Positions 13,401 through 27,000 of a stretch of 64,000 nt of DNA are shown here, piece by piece (position 1 is the first letter of the stretch; every line of letters begins with the position of its first letter). The position numbers and the translations under genes were made by a program. The notes beneath the pieces are model-generated. The model was given only the letters and a program-made list of their open reading frames with translations, was not told the origin of the DNA and searched no databases. The stretch spans positions 1-64,000 of the forward strand of contig JBHGNT010000101.1 of NCBI GenBank assembly GCA_043228905.1, in the 5' to 3' direction. This DNA is from Azolla caroliniana. Its lineage: Eukaryota > Plantae > Polypodiophyta.

Positions 13401-14640
13401 AGCTAACAACAGTAGCTATGATATTAAATTGAAAAATTATAATTTTGAAACTCAGGTCGAGAGACATGAAGAAATTAGCAAACTTGAGGAAGTAGTGGAG
13501 AGGAGCCCTTGAGTAAATCAAAATGTTCATACTCTGCTCGTGTGATATTGGATTTTTGTGTTCAAACATGAGACACGAAGCTAACAATGCTACCTATAAT
13601 ATGGAATAAAAAAATCAAGATTTTAAAACTTAGGTCGAGAGAGATGACAAAATTAGCAAATTTGAGGAGCTAGTGGAGAGGAGGGCGTTAGTAAATGAAA
13701 ATGTTCATACCTGGCTCGTGTGATATCGGATTTTTGCGTTCAAACATGCGAATCGAAGCTCACAACGCTAGCAATGATATAAAATTAAGAATTCAAGATT
13801 TTGAAACTCGAGTCGATAGATATGAAGATATTAGCAAACTTGAGGAGGCAGTGGAGAAGAGCCCGAGAGTAAATTAAAATGTTCATACCTGGCCCCTGTG
13901 ATATCGGTTTCTTGTGTTCAAACATGCGAATCGAAGCTCATGCGAATCAAGATTTTGAAACTCAGGTCGAGAGACATGACGAAATTACCAAATTTGAGGA
14001 GTGAGTTGAGAAGAGCTAGGAGGTAAATTAAAATGTTCATACATGGCTCGTGTGATATCAGATTTTTGTGTTCAATCATGCGAATCGAAGATTACAACGC
14101 TAGGTATGATATAGAAATCAAAAATCAAAATTTTAAAACTGAGGTCGAGAGACATGACGAAATTAGCTAACTAGAGCAGGGAGTTGAGAGGAACCTTTCA
14201 ATAAATTAAAATGCTCATACCTGGGTCGTGTGATATCGGATTCCTGTGTTCGAACAAGCGAATCGATGCTAACAACGCTAGCTATGATATGGAATTAAAA
14301 AATCGAGATTATGAAACTCGGGTCGATAGATATGAAGATATTAGCAAACTTGAGGAGGCAGTGGAGAAGAGCCCGAGAGTAAATTAAAATGTTCATACCT
14401 GGCCCCTGTGATATCGGTTTCTTGTGTTCAAACATGCGAATCGAAGCTCACAATGCTAGCTATGATATAAAATTAAGAATTCAAGATTTTGAAACTCGGG
14501 CCGAGAGATATGAAGAAATTAGTAAATTTAAGGAGGTAGTGGAGAAGAGCGCGTTAGTAAATTAAAATGTTCATACCTGGCTCGTGTGATATTGTATTTG
14601 TGTGTTCACACATGCGAATCGAAGCTAACAACACTACCTA
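7500..14640 (+). repeat. 14-monomer higher-order repeat, ~3 near-identical copies (period 2424 then 2449 bp)
   Basis: Identical spurious ORFs at 8424/10848/13297 and 8822/11246/13695; marker gaagctcatgcgaatcaag with its catgcg at 9066, 11490 and 13939. 2449 = 14x178 - 19 - 24. The 25-bp period difference is explained by a private deletion at ~9155. Edges are approximate. Confidence 0.92.
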
Positions 14641-17600
14641 TGATATTTTGAAACTCGGGTCGAGAGAGATGAAGAAATTAGCAAACTTGAGGAGGTAGTG
14701 GAGAGGAGCCCTTGAGTAAATTAAAATGTTCATACCTGGCTCGTGTGATATAGGATTTTTGTCTTCAAACATGCGAATCGAAGCTAACAACGTTACCTAT
14801 GATATGGAATTCAAAAATCAAGATTTTGAAACTCAGGTCGAGAGAGATGACGAAATTAGCAAATTTTAGGAGCTAGTGGAGAAGAGCGCGTTAGTAAATT
14901 AAAATGTTCATACTTGGCTCGTGTGATATCGGATTTTTGTGTTCGAACATCCGAATCGAAGCTAACAATGCTAGCTATGATATGAAATTAAAAAATGAAG
15001 ATTTTGAAACTCACGTCGAGAGAGATGATGAAATTAGCAAATTTGAGGAGCTAGTGGAGAAGAGCGCGTTCGTAAATTAAAATGTTCATACCTGGCTCGT
15101 GTGATATTGGATTTTTGCGTTCAAACATGCGAATCGAAGGTCACAACGCTAGCTATGAGATGGAATTAAAAAATCGATATTTTCACACTCGGGTCCAGAG
15201 ATATGACGAAAGTAGCAAATTTAAGGAGGTAGTGGAGAGTAAATTAAAATCTTCATACCTAGCTCATGTGATATAGGATTTTTGTGTTCAAACATGCGAA
15301 TCGAAGCTAATAACGCTACCTATAATATGGAATAAAAAAATCAAGATTTTAAAACTTAGCTCGAGAGAGATGACGAAATTAGCAAATTTGAGGAGCTAGT
15401 GGAGTGGAGCGTGTTAGTAATTTAAAATGTTCATACCTGGCTCGTGTGATATCCGAGTTTTGTGTTGACACATGTGAATCGAAGCTAACAACAGTAGCTA
15501 TGATATTGAATTGAAAAATTATAATTTTGAAACTCAGGTCTACAGACATGAAGAAATTAGCAAACTTGAGGAAGTAGTGGAGAGGAGCCCTTGAGTAAAT
15601 TAAAATGTTCATACTCTGCTCGTGTGATATCGGATTTTTGTGTTGACACATGCGAATCGAAGCTAACACTAGTAGCTATGATATTGAATTGATAATTTAT
15701 AATTTTGAGACTCAGGTCGAGAGACATGAAGAAATTATCAAACTTGAGGAGGTAGTTGAGAATAGCCCTTGATAATGAAAATGAAAATGTTCATACCTTG
15801 CTCGGGTCATATCGGATTTTTGTGTTGAAACATGCGAATCGAAGCTAACAACGCTAGCTATGATATGGAATTAAAAAATCAAGATTTTGAAACTCGGGTC
15901 GAGAGATATGAAGAAATTAGCAAATTTAAGGAGGTAGTGAAGAAGAGCGCGTTAGTAAATTAAAATGTTCATACCTAGCTCGTGTGATATCGGATCCCTG
16001 TGTTCGAACATGTGAATCGAAGATTACAGCGCTAGCTATGATATGGAATTAAAAAATCAACATTTTGATATTCGGGTCGAGAGATATGAAGAAATTAGCA
16101 AACTTGAGGAGGGAGTTGACAGGAGCCTTTGAGTAAATTAAAATGTTCATACCTGGCTCGTGTGATATCAGAATTTTGTGTTCAAACATGCGAATCGAAG
16201 CTAACAACGCTAGCTATGATATGGAATTAAAAAATCAAGATTTTGAAACTCAGGTCGAGAGCCATGACGAAATTACCAAATTTGAGGAGTGAGTTGAGAA
16301 GAGCTATGAGGTAAATTAAAATGTTCATACCTGGCTCGTGTGATATCGGATTTTTGTGTTCAAACATGCGAATCGAAGCTAACAACGCTAGCTATGATAT
16401 GGAATTAAAAAAACAAGATTTTAAAACTCAGGTCGAGAGACATGATGAGATTACCAAATTTGAGGAGTGAGTTGAGAGAAGCCCTTGAGTAAATTAAAAT
16501 GTTCATACCTGGCTCGTGTGATATCGGATTTTTGTGTTCAAACATGCGAATCGAAGCTAACAACACTGGCTATTATATGGAATTATAGAATCAAGATTTT
16601 GAAACTCAGGTCGAGAGACATGATGAGATTACCAAATTTGAGGAGTGAGTTGAGAGAAGCCCTTGAGTAAATTAAAATGTTCATACCTGGCTCGTGTGAT
16701 ATCGGATTTTTGTGTTCAAACATGCGAATTGAAGCTAACAACGCTAGCTATGATATGGAATTAAAAAATCAAGATTTTGAAACTCAGGTCGAGAGACATG
16801 ATGAGATTACCAAATTTGAGGAGTGAGTTTAGAGAAGCCCTTGAGTAAATTAAAATGTTCATACCTGGCTCGTGTGATATCCGAATTTTGTGTTCAAACA
16901 TGCGAATCGAACCTAACAACGCTAGCTATGATATGGAACTAAAAAATCAAGATTTTGAAACTCAGGTCGAGAGACATGATGAGATTACCAAATTTGAGGA
17001 GTGAGTTGAGAGAAGCCCTTGAGTAAATTAAAATGTTCATACCTGGCTCGTGTGATATCGGATTTTTGTGTTCAAACATGCGAATCGAAGCTAACAACGC
17101 TAGCTATGATATGGAATTAGAAAATCAAGATTTTGAAACTCAGGTCGAGAGACATGATGAGATTACCAAATTTGAGGAGTGAGTTTAGAGAAGCCCTTGA
17201 GTAAATTAAAATGTTCATACCTGGCTCGTGTGATATCAGAATTTTGTGTTCAAACATGTGAGTCGAAGCTAACAATGCTAGCTATGATATGGAGTTAAAA
17301 AATCAAGATTTTGAAACTCAGGTCGAGAGCCATGACGAAATTACCAAATTTGAGGAGTGAGTTAAGAAGAGCTATGAGTTAAATTAAAATGTTCATACCT
17401 GGCTCGTGTGATATCGGATTTTTGTGTTCAAACATGCAAATCGAAGCTAACTACGCTAGCTATGATATGGAATTAAAAAATCAAGATTTTGAAACTCAGG
17501 TCGAGAGACATGATGAGATTACCAAATTTGAGGAGTGAGTTGAGAGAAGCCCTTGAGTAAATTAAAATGTTCATACCTGGCTCGTGTGATATCGGATTTT

Positions 17601-20600
17601 TGTGTTCAAACATGTGAATCGAAGCTAACAACGCTAGCTATGATATGGAATTAAAAAATCAAGATTTTCAAACTCAGGTCGAGAGACATGACGAAAATAC
17701 CAAATTTGAGGAGTGAGTTAAGAAGAGCTATGAGTTAAATTAAAATGTTCATACCTGGCTCGTGTGATATCGGATTTTTGTGTTCAAACATGCGAATCGA
17801 AGCTAACAATGCTAGCTATGATATGGAGTTAAAAAATCAAGATTTTGAAACTCAGGTCGGAAGACATGACGAGATTACCAAATTTGAGGAGTGACTTAGG
17901 AAGAGCTATGAGTTAAATTAAAATGTTCATACCTGGCTCGTGTGATATCGGATTTTTGTGTTCAAACATGCGAATCGAAGCTAACAACGCTAGCTATGAT
18001 ATGGAATTAAAAAATCAAGATTTTCAAACTCAGGTCGAGAGACATGATGAGATTACCAAATTTGAGGAGTGAGTTGAGAGAAGCCCTTGAGTAAATTAAA
18101 ATGTTCATACCTGGCTCGTGTGATATCGGATTTTTGTGTTCAAACATGCGAATCGAAGCTAACAACGCTAGCTATGATATGGAATTAAAAAATCAAGATT
18201 TTGAAACTCAGATCGAGAGACATGATGAGATTACCAAATTTGAGGACTGAGTTGAGAGAAGCCCTTGAGTAAATTAAAATGTTCATACCTGGCTCGTGTG
18301 ATATCGGATTTTTGTGTTCAAACATGCGAATCCAAGCTAACAATGCTAGCTATGATATGGAGTTAAAAAATCAAGATTTTGAAACTCAGGTCGGGAGACA
18401 TGACGAGATTACCAAATTTGAGGAGTGAGTTAAGAAGAGCTATGAGTTAAATTAAAATGTTCATACCTGGCTCGTGTGATATCGGATTTTTGTGTTCAAA
18501 CATGCGAATCGAAGCTAACAACGCTAGCTATGATATGGAATTAAAAAATCAAGATTTTGAAACTCAGGTCGAGAGACATGATGAGATTACCAAATTTGAG
18601 GAGTGAGTTGAGAGAAGCCCTTGAGTAAATTAAAATGTACATACCTGGCTCGTGTGATATCCGAATTTTGTGTTCAAACATGCGAATCGAACCTAACAAC
18701 GCTAGCTATGATATGGAATTAAAAAATCAAGATTTTGAAACTCAGGTCGAGAGACATGATGAGATTACCAAATTTGAGGAGTGAGTTGAGAAAAGCCCTT
18801 GAGTAAATTAAAATGTTCATACCTGGCTCGTGTGATATCGGATTTTTGTGTTCAAACATGTGAATCGAAGCTAACAACGCTAGCTATGATATGGAATTAA
18901 AAAATCAAGATTTTGAAACTCAGGTCGGAAGACATGACGAGATTACCAAATTTGAGGAGTGAGTTAGGAAGAGCTATGAGTTAAATTAAAATGTTCATAC
19001 CTGACTCGTGTGATATCGGATTTTTGTGTTCAAACATGCGAATCGAAGCTAACAACGCTAGCTATGATATGGAATTAAAAAATCAAGATTTTGAAACTCA
19101 GGTCGGGAGACATGACGAGATTACCAAATTTGAGGAGTGAGTTAAGAAGAGCTATGAGTTAAATTAAAATGTTCATACCTGGCTCGTGTGATATCGGATT
19201 TTTGTGTTCAAACATGCGAATCGAAGCTAACAACGCTAGCTATGATATGGAATTAGAAAATCAAGATTTTGAAACTCAGGTCGAGAGACATGATGAGATT
19301 ACCAAATTTGAGGAGTGAGTTGAGAGAAGCCCTTGAGTAAATTAAAATGTTCATACCTGGCTCGTGTGATATCCGAATTTTGTGTTCAAACATGCGAATC
19401 GAACCTAACAACGCTAGCTATGATATGGAATTAAAAAATCAAGATTTTGAAACTCAGGTCGAGAGACATGATGAGACTGCCAAATTTGAGGAGTGAGTTG
19501 AGAGAAGCCCTTGAGTAAATTAAAATGTTCATACCTGGCTCGTGTGATATCGGATTTTTGTGTTCAAACATGTGAATCGAAGCTAACAACGCTAGCTATG
19601 ATATGGAATTAAAAAATCAAGATTTTGAAACTCAGGTCGAGAGACATGACGAAAATACCAAATTTGAGGAGTGAGTTAAGAAGAGCTATGAGTTAAATTA
19701 AAATGTTCATACCTGGCTCGTGTGATATCAGAATTTTGTGTTCAAACATGCGAATCGAAGCTAACAATACTAGCTATGATATGGAGTTAAAAAATCAAGA
19801 TTTTGAAACTCAGGTCGGAAGACATGACGAGATTACCAAATTTGAGGAGTGAGTTAGGAAGAGCTATGAGTTAAATTAAAATGTTCATACCTGGCTCGTG
19901 TGATATCGGATTTTTGTGTTCAAACATGCGAATCGAAGCTAACAACGCTAGCTATGATATGGAATTAAAAAATCAAGATTTTCAAACTCAGGTCGAGAGA
20001 CATGATGAGATTACCAAATTTGAGGAGTGAGTTGAGAGAAGCCCTTGAGTAAATTAAAATGTTCATACCTGGCTCGTGTGATATCGGATTTTTGTGTTCC
20101 AACATGCGAATCGAAGCTAACAACGCTAGCTATGATATGGAATTAAAAAATCAAGATTTTGAAACTCAGATCGAGAGACATGATGAGATTACCAAATTCG
20201 AGGACTGAGTTGAGAGAAGCCCTTGAGTAAATTAAAATGTTCATACCTGGCTCGTGTGATATCGGATTTTTGTGTTCAAACATGCGAATCGAAGCTAACA
20301 ATGCTAGCTATGATATGGAGTTAAAAAATCAAGATTTTGAAACTCAGGTCGGGAGACATGACGAGATTACCAAATTTGAGGAGTGAGTTAAGAAGAGCTA
20401 TGAGTTAAATTAAAATGTTCATACCTGGCTCGTGTGATATCGGATTTTTGTGTTCAAACATGCGAATCGAAGCTAACAACGCTAGCTATGATATGGAATT
20501 AAAAAATCAAGATTTTGAAACTCAGGTCGAGAGACATGATGAGATTACCAAATTTGAGGAGTGAGTTGAGAGAAGCCCTTGAGTAAATTAAAATGTACAT

Positions 20601-23600
20601 ACCTGGCTCGTGTGATATCCGAATTTTGTGTTCAAACATGCGAATCGAACCTAACAACGCTAGCTATGATATGGAATTAAAAAATCAAGATTTTGAAACT
20701 CAGGTCGAGAGACATGATGAGATTACCAAATTTGAGGAGTGAGTTGAGAAAAGCCCTTGAGTAAATTAAAATGTTCATACCTGGCTCGTGTGATATCGGA
20801 TTTTTGTGTTCAAACATGCGAATCGAAGCTAACAACGCTAGCTATGATAGGGAATTAAAAAGCCAAGATTTTGAAACGCAGGTCGAGAGACATGATGAGA
20901 TTACCAAATTTGAGGAGTGAGTTGAGAGAAGCCCTTGAGTAAATTAAAATGTTCATACCTGGCTCGTGTGATATCGGATTTTTGTGTTCAAACATGCGAA
21001 TCGAAGCTAACAACGCTGGCTATTATATGGAATTATAGAATCAAGATTTTGAAACTCAGGTCGAGAGACATGATGAGATTACCAAATTTTAGGAGTGAGT
21101 TGAGAGAAGCCCTTGAGTAAATTAAAATGTTCATACCTGGCTCGTGTGATATCGGATTTTTGTGTTCAAACATGCGAATCGAAGCTAACAACGCTAGCTA
21201 TGATATGGAATTAGAAAATCAAGATTTTGAAACTCAGGTCGAGAGACATGATGAGATTACCAAATTTGAGGAGTGAGTTTAGAGAAGCCCTTGAGTAAAT
21301 TAAAATGTTCATACCTGGCTCGTGTGATATTAGAATTTTGTGTTCAAACATGTGAGTCGAAGCTAACAATGCTAGCTATGATATGGAGTTAAAAAATCAA
21401 GATTTTGAAACTCAGGTCGAGAGCCATGACGAAATTACCAAATTTGAGGAGTGAGTTAAGAAGAGCTATGAGTTAAATTAAAATGTTCATACCTGGCTCG
21501 TGTGATATCGGATTTTTGTGTTCAAACATGCAAATCGAAGCTAACTACGCTAGCTATGATATGGAATTAAAAAATCAAGATTTTGAAACTCAGGTCGAGA
21601 GACATGATGAGATTACCAAATTTGAGGAGTGAGTTGAGAGAAGCCCTTGAGTAAATTAAAATGTTCATACCTGGCTCGTGTGATATCGGATTTTTGTGTT
21701 CAAACATGTGAATCGAAGCTAACAACGCTAGCTATGATATGGAATTAAAAAATCAAGATTTTCAAACTCAGGTCGAAAGACATGACGAAAATACCAAATT
21801 TGAGGAGTGAGTTAAGAAGAGCTATGAGTTAAATTAAAATGTTCATACCTGGCTCGTGTGATATCGGATTTTTGTGTTCAAACATGTGAATCGAAGCTAA
21901 CAATGCTAGCTATGATATGGAGTTAAAAAATCAAGATTTTGAAACTCAGGTCGGGAGACATGATGAGATTACCAAATTTGAGGAGTGAGTTGAGAGAAGC
22001 CCTTGAGTAAATTAAAATGTTCATACCTGGCTCGTGTGATATCCGAATTTTGTGTTCAAACATGCGAATCGAAGCTAACAATGCTAGCTATGATATGGAG
22101 TTAAAAAATCAAGATTTTGAAACTCAGGTCGAGAGCCATGACGAAATTACCAAATTTGAGGAGTGAGTTAAGAAGAGCTATGAGTTAAATTAAAATGTTC
22201 ATACCTGGCTCGTGTGATATCGGATTTTTGTGTTCAAACATGCGAATCGAAGCTAACAACGCTAGCTATGATATGGACTTAAAAAATCAAGATTTTCAAA
22301 CTCAGGTCGAGAGACATGATGAGATTACCAAATTTGAGGAGTGAGTTGAGAGAAGCCCTTGAGTAAATTAAAATGTTCATACCTGGCTCGTGTGATATCC
22401 GAATTTTGTGTTCAAACATGCGAATCGAACCTAACAACGCTAGCTATGATATGGAATTAAAAAATCAAGATTTTGAAACTCAAGTCGAGAGACATGATGA
22501 GATTACCAAATTTGAGGAGTGAGTTGAGAGAAGCCCTTGAGTAAATTAAAATGTTCATACCTGGCTCGTGTGATATCCGAATTTTGTGTTCAAACATGCG
22601 AATCGAACCTAACAACGCTAGCTATGATATGGAATTAAAAAATCAAGATTTTGAAACTCAGGTCGAGAGACATGATGAGATTACCAAATTTGAGGAGTGA
22701 GTTGAGAAAAGCCCTTGAGTAAATTAAAATGTTCATACCTGGCTCGTGTGATATCGGATTTTTGTGTTCAAACATGCGAATCGAAGCTAACAACGCTAGC
22801 TATGATAGGGAATTAAAAAGCCAAGATTTTGAAACTCAGGTCGAGAGACATGATGAGATTACCAAATTTGAGGAGTGAGTTGAGAGAAGCCCTTGAGTAA
22901 ATTAAAATGTTCATACCTGGCTCGTGTGATATAGGATTTTTGTGTTCAAACATGCGAATCGAAGCTAACAACGCTGGCTATTATATGGAATTATAGAATC
23001 AAGATTTTGAAACTCAGGTCGGGAGACATGACGAGATTACCAAATTTGAGGAGTGAGTTAAGAAGAGCTATGAGTTAAATTAAAATGTTCATACCTGGCT
23101 CGTGTGATATCGGATTTTTGTGTTCAAACATGCGAATCGAACCTAACAACGCTAGCTATGATATGGAATTAAAAAATCAAGATTTTGAAACTCAGGTCGA
23201 GAGACATGATGAGATTACCAAATTTGAGGAGTGAGTTGAGAAAAGCTCTTGAGTAAATTAAAATGTTCATACCTGGCTCGTGTGATATCGGATTTTTGTG
23301 TTCAAACATGCGAATCGAAGCTAACAACGCTAGCTATGATAGGGAATTAAAAAGCCAAGATTTTGAAACTCAGGTCGAGAGACATGATGAGATTACCAAA
23401 TTTGAGGAGTGAGTTGAGAGAAGCCCTTTAGTTAAATTAAAATGTTCATACCTGGCTCGTGTGATATCGGATTTTTGTGTTCAAACATGCAAATCGAAGC
23501 TAACTACGCTAGCTATGATATGGAATTAAAAAATCAAGATTTTGAAACTCAGGTCGAGAGACATGATGAGATTACCAAATTTGAGGAGTGAGTTGAGAGA

Positions 23601-24009
23601 AGCCCTTGAGTAAATTAAAATGTTCATACCTGGCTCGTGTGATATCGGATTTTTGTGTTCAAACATGTGAATCGAAGCTAACAACGCTAGCTATGATATG
23701 GAATTAAAAAATCAAGATTTTGAAACTCAGGTCGAGAGACATGATGAGATTACCAAATTTGAGGAGTGAGTTGAGAGAAGCCCTTGAGTAAATTAAAATG
23801 TTCATACCTGGCTCGTGTGATATCGGATTTTTGTGTTCAAACATGCGAATCGAAGCTAACAACGCTAGCTATGATATGGAATTAAAAAATCAAGATTTTC
23901 AAACTCAGGTCGAGAGACATGATGAGATTACCAAATTTGAGGAGTGAGTTGAGAGAAGCCCTTGAGTAAATTAAAATGTTCATACCTGGCTCGTGTGATA
24001 TCGGATTTT

Positions 24010-27000
24010 TGTGTTCAAACATGCGAATCGAACCTAACAACGCTAGCTATGATATGGAATTAGAAAATCAAGATTTTGAAACTCAGGTCGAGAGACATGA
24101 TGAGATTACCAAATTTGAGGAGTGAGTTGAGAGAAGCCCTTGAGTAAATTAAAATGTTCATACCTGGCTCGTGTGATATCGGATTTTTGTGTTCAAACAT
24201 GCGAATCGAAGCTAACAACGCTAGCTATGATAGGGAATTAAAAAGCCAAGATTTTGAAACTCAGGTCGAGAGACATGATGAGATTACCAAATTTGAGGAG
24301 TGAGTTGAGACAAGCCCTTGAGTAAATTAAAATGTTCATACCTGGCTCGTGTGATATCGGATTTTTGTGTTCAAACATGCGAATCGAAGCTAACAACGCT
24401 GGCTATTATATGGAATTATAGAATCAAGATTTTGAAACTCAGGTCGAGAGACATGATGAGATTACCAAATTTGAGGAGTGAGTTGAGAGAAGCCCTTGAG
24501 TAAATTAAAATGTTCATACCTGGCTCGTGTGATATCGGATTTTTGTGTTCAAACATGCGAATCGAAGCTAACAACGCTGGCTATTATATGGAATTATAGA
24601 ATCAAGATTTTGAAACTCAGGTCGAGAGACATGATGAGATTACCAAATTTTAGGAGTGAGTTGAGAGAAGCCCTTGAGTAAATTAAAATGTTCATACCTG
24701 GCTCGTGTGATATCGGATTTTTGTGTTCAAACATGCGAATCGAAGCTAACAACGCTAGCTATGATATGGAATTAGAAAATCAAGATTTTGAAACTCAGGT
24801 CGAGAGACATGATGAGATTACCAAATTTGAGGAGTGAGTTTAGAGAAGCCCTTGAGTAAATTAAAATGTTCATACCTGGCTCGTGTGATATCCGAATTTT
24901 GTGTTCAAACATGCGAATCGAACCTAACAACGCTAGCTATGATATGGAATTAAAAAATCAAGATTTTGAAACTCAGGTCGAGAGACATGATGAGATTACC
25001 AAATTTGAGGAGTGAGTTGAGAGAAGCCCTTGAGTAAATTAAAATGTTCATACCTGGCTCGTGTGATATCGGATTTTTGTGTTCAAACATGTGAATCGAA
25101 GCTAACAACGCTAGCTATGATATGGAATTAAAAAATCAAGATTTTCAAACTCAGGTCGAGAGACATCACGAAAATACCAAATTTGAGGAGTGAGTTAAGA
25201 AGAGCTATGAGTTAAATTAAAATGTTCATACCTGGCTCGTGTGATATCGGATTTTTGTGTTCAAACATGCGAATCGAAGGTAACATCGCTAGCTATGATA
25301 TGGAATTAAAAAAGCAAGATTTTCAAACTCAGGTCGAGAGACATGATGAGATTACCAAATTTGAGGAGTGAGTTGAGAGAAGCCCTTGAGTAAATTAAAA
25401 TGTTCATACCTGGCTCGTGTGATATCGGATTTTTGTGTTCAAACATGCGAATCGAAGCTAACAACGCTGGCTATGATATGGAATTAAAAAATCAAGATTT
25501 TCAAACTCAGGTCGAGAGACATGATGAGATTACCAAATTTGAGGAGTGAGTTGAGAGAAGCCCTTCAGTAAATTAAAATGTTCATACCTGGCTCGTGTGA
25601 TATCGGATTTTTGTGTTCAAACATGCGAATCGAAGCTAACAACGCTAGCTATGATATGGAATTAAAAAATCAAGATTTTGAAACTCAGATCGAGAGACAT
25701 GATGAGATTACCAAATTTGAGGACTGAGTTGAGAGAAGCCCTTGAGTAAATTAAAATGTTCATACCTGGCTCGTGTGATATCGGATTTTTGTGTTCAAAC
25801 ATGCGAATCGAAGCTAACAATGCTAGCTATGATATGGAGTTAAAAAATCAAGATTTTGAAACTCAGGTCGGGAGACATGACGAGATTACCAAATTTGAGG
25901 AGTGAGTTAAGAAGAGCTATGAGTTAAATTAAAATGTTCATACCTGGCTCGTGTGATATCGGATTTTGTGTTCAAACATGCGAATCGAACCTAACAACGC
26001 TAGCTATGATATGGAATTAGAAAATCAAGATTTTGAAACTCAGGTCGAGAGACATGATGAGATTACCAAATTTGAGGAGTGAGTTGAGAGAAGCCCTTGA
26101 GTAAATTAAAATGTTCATACCTGGCTCGTGTGATATCGGATTTTTGTGTTCAAACATGCGAATCGAAGCTAACAACGCTAGCTATGATAGGGAATTAAAA
26201 AGCCAAGATTTTGAAACTCAGGTCGAGAGACATGATGAGATTACCAAATTTGAGGAGTGAGTTGAGACAAGCCCTTGAGTAAATTAAAATGTTCATACCT
26301 GGCTCGTGTGATATCGGATTTTTGTGTTCAAACATGCGAATCGAAGCTAACAACGCTGGCTATTATATGGAATTATAGAATCAAGATTTTGAAACTCAGG
26401 TCGAGAGACATGATGAGATTACCAAATTTGAGGAGTGAGTTGAGAGAAGCCCTTGAGTAAATTAAAATGTTCATACCTGGCTCGTGTGATATCGGATTTT
26501 TGTGTTCAAACATGCGAATCGAAGCTAACAACGCTGGCTATTATATGGAATTATAGAATCAAGATTTTGAAACTCAGGTCGAGAGACATGATGAGATTAC
26601 CAAATTTTAGGAGTGAGTTGAGAGAAGCCCTTGAGTAAATTAAAATGTTCATACCTGGCTCGTGTGATATCGGATTTTTGTGTTCAAACATGCGAATCGA
26701 AGCTAACAACGCTAGCTATGATATGGAATTAGAAAATCAAGATTTTGAAACTCAGGTCGAGAGACATGATGAGATTACCAAATTTGAGGAGTGAGTTTAG
26801 AGAAGCCCTTGAGTAAATTAAAATGTTCATACCTGGCTCGTGTGATATCCGAATTTTGTGTTCAAACATGCGAATCGAACCTAACAACGCTAGCTATGAT
26901 ATGGAATTAAAAAATCAAGATTTTGAAACTCAGGTCGAGAGACATGATGAGATTACCAAATTTGAGGAGTGAGTTGAGAGAAGCCCTTGAGTAAATTAAA

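Larger units (their letters stand above)
1..16134 (+). repeat. Divergent satellite layer: heterogeneous monomers with many indels, organised in higher-order repeats
   Basis: Adjacent monomers differ at many sites, especially in the tail (e.g. ggagctagtggagaagagcgcgttagg, ggaggcagtggagaagagcccgagagt, ggatggagttgagaggaacccttgagt). Monomers of 88, 153, 154, 159 and 167 bp occur. Confidence 0.92.

Noticed and set aside
1-16134. CRISPR-like pattern (conserved ~35-bp head plus variable remainder)
   Set aside because: The intervening ~140 bp are homologous to each other rather than unique spacers, the period is 178 bp, and there are no cas genes.
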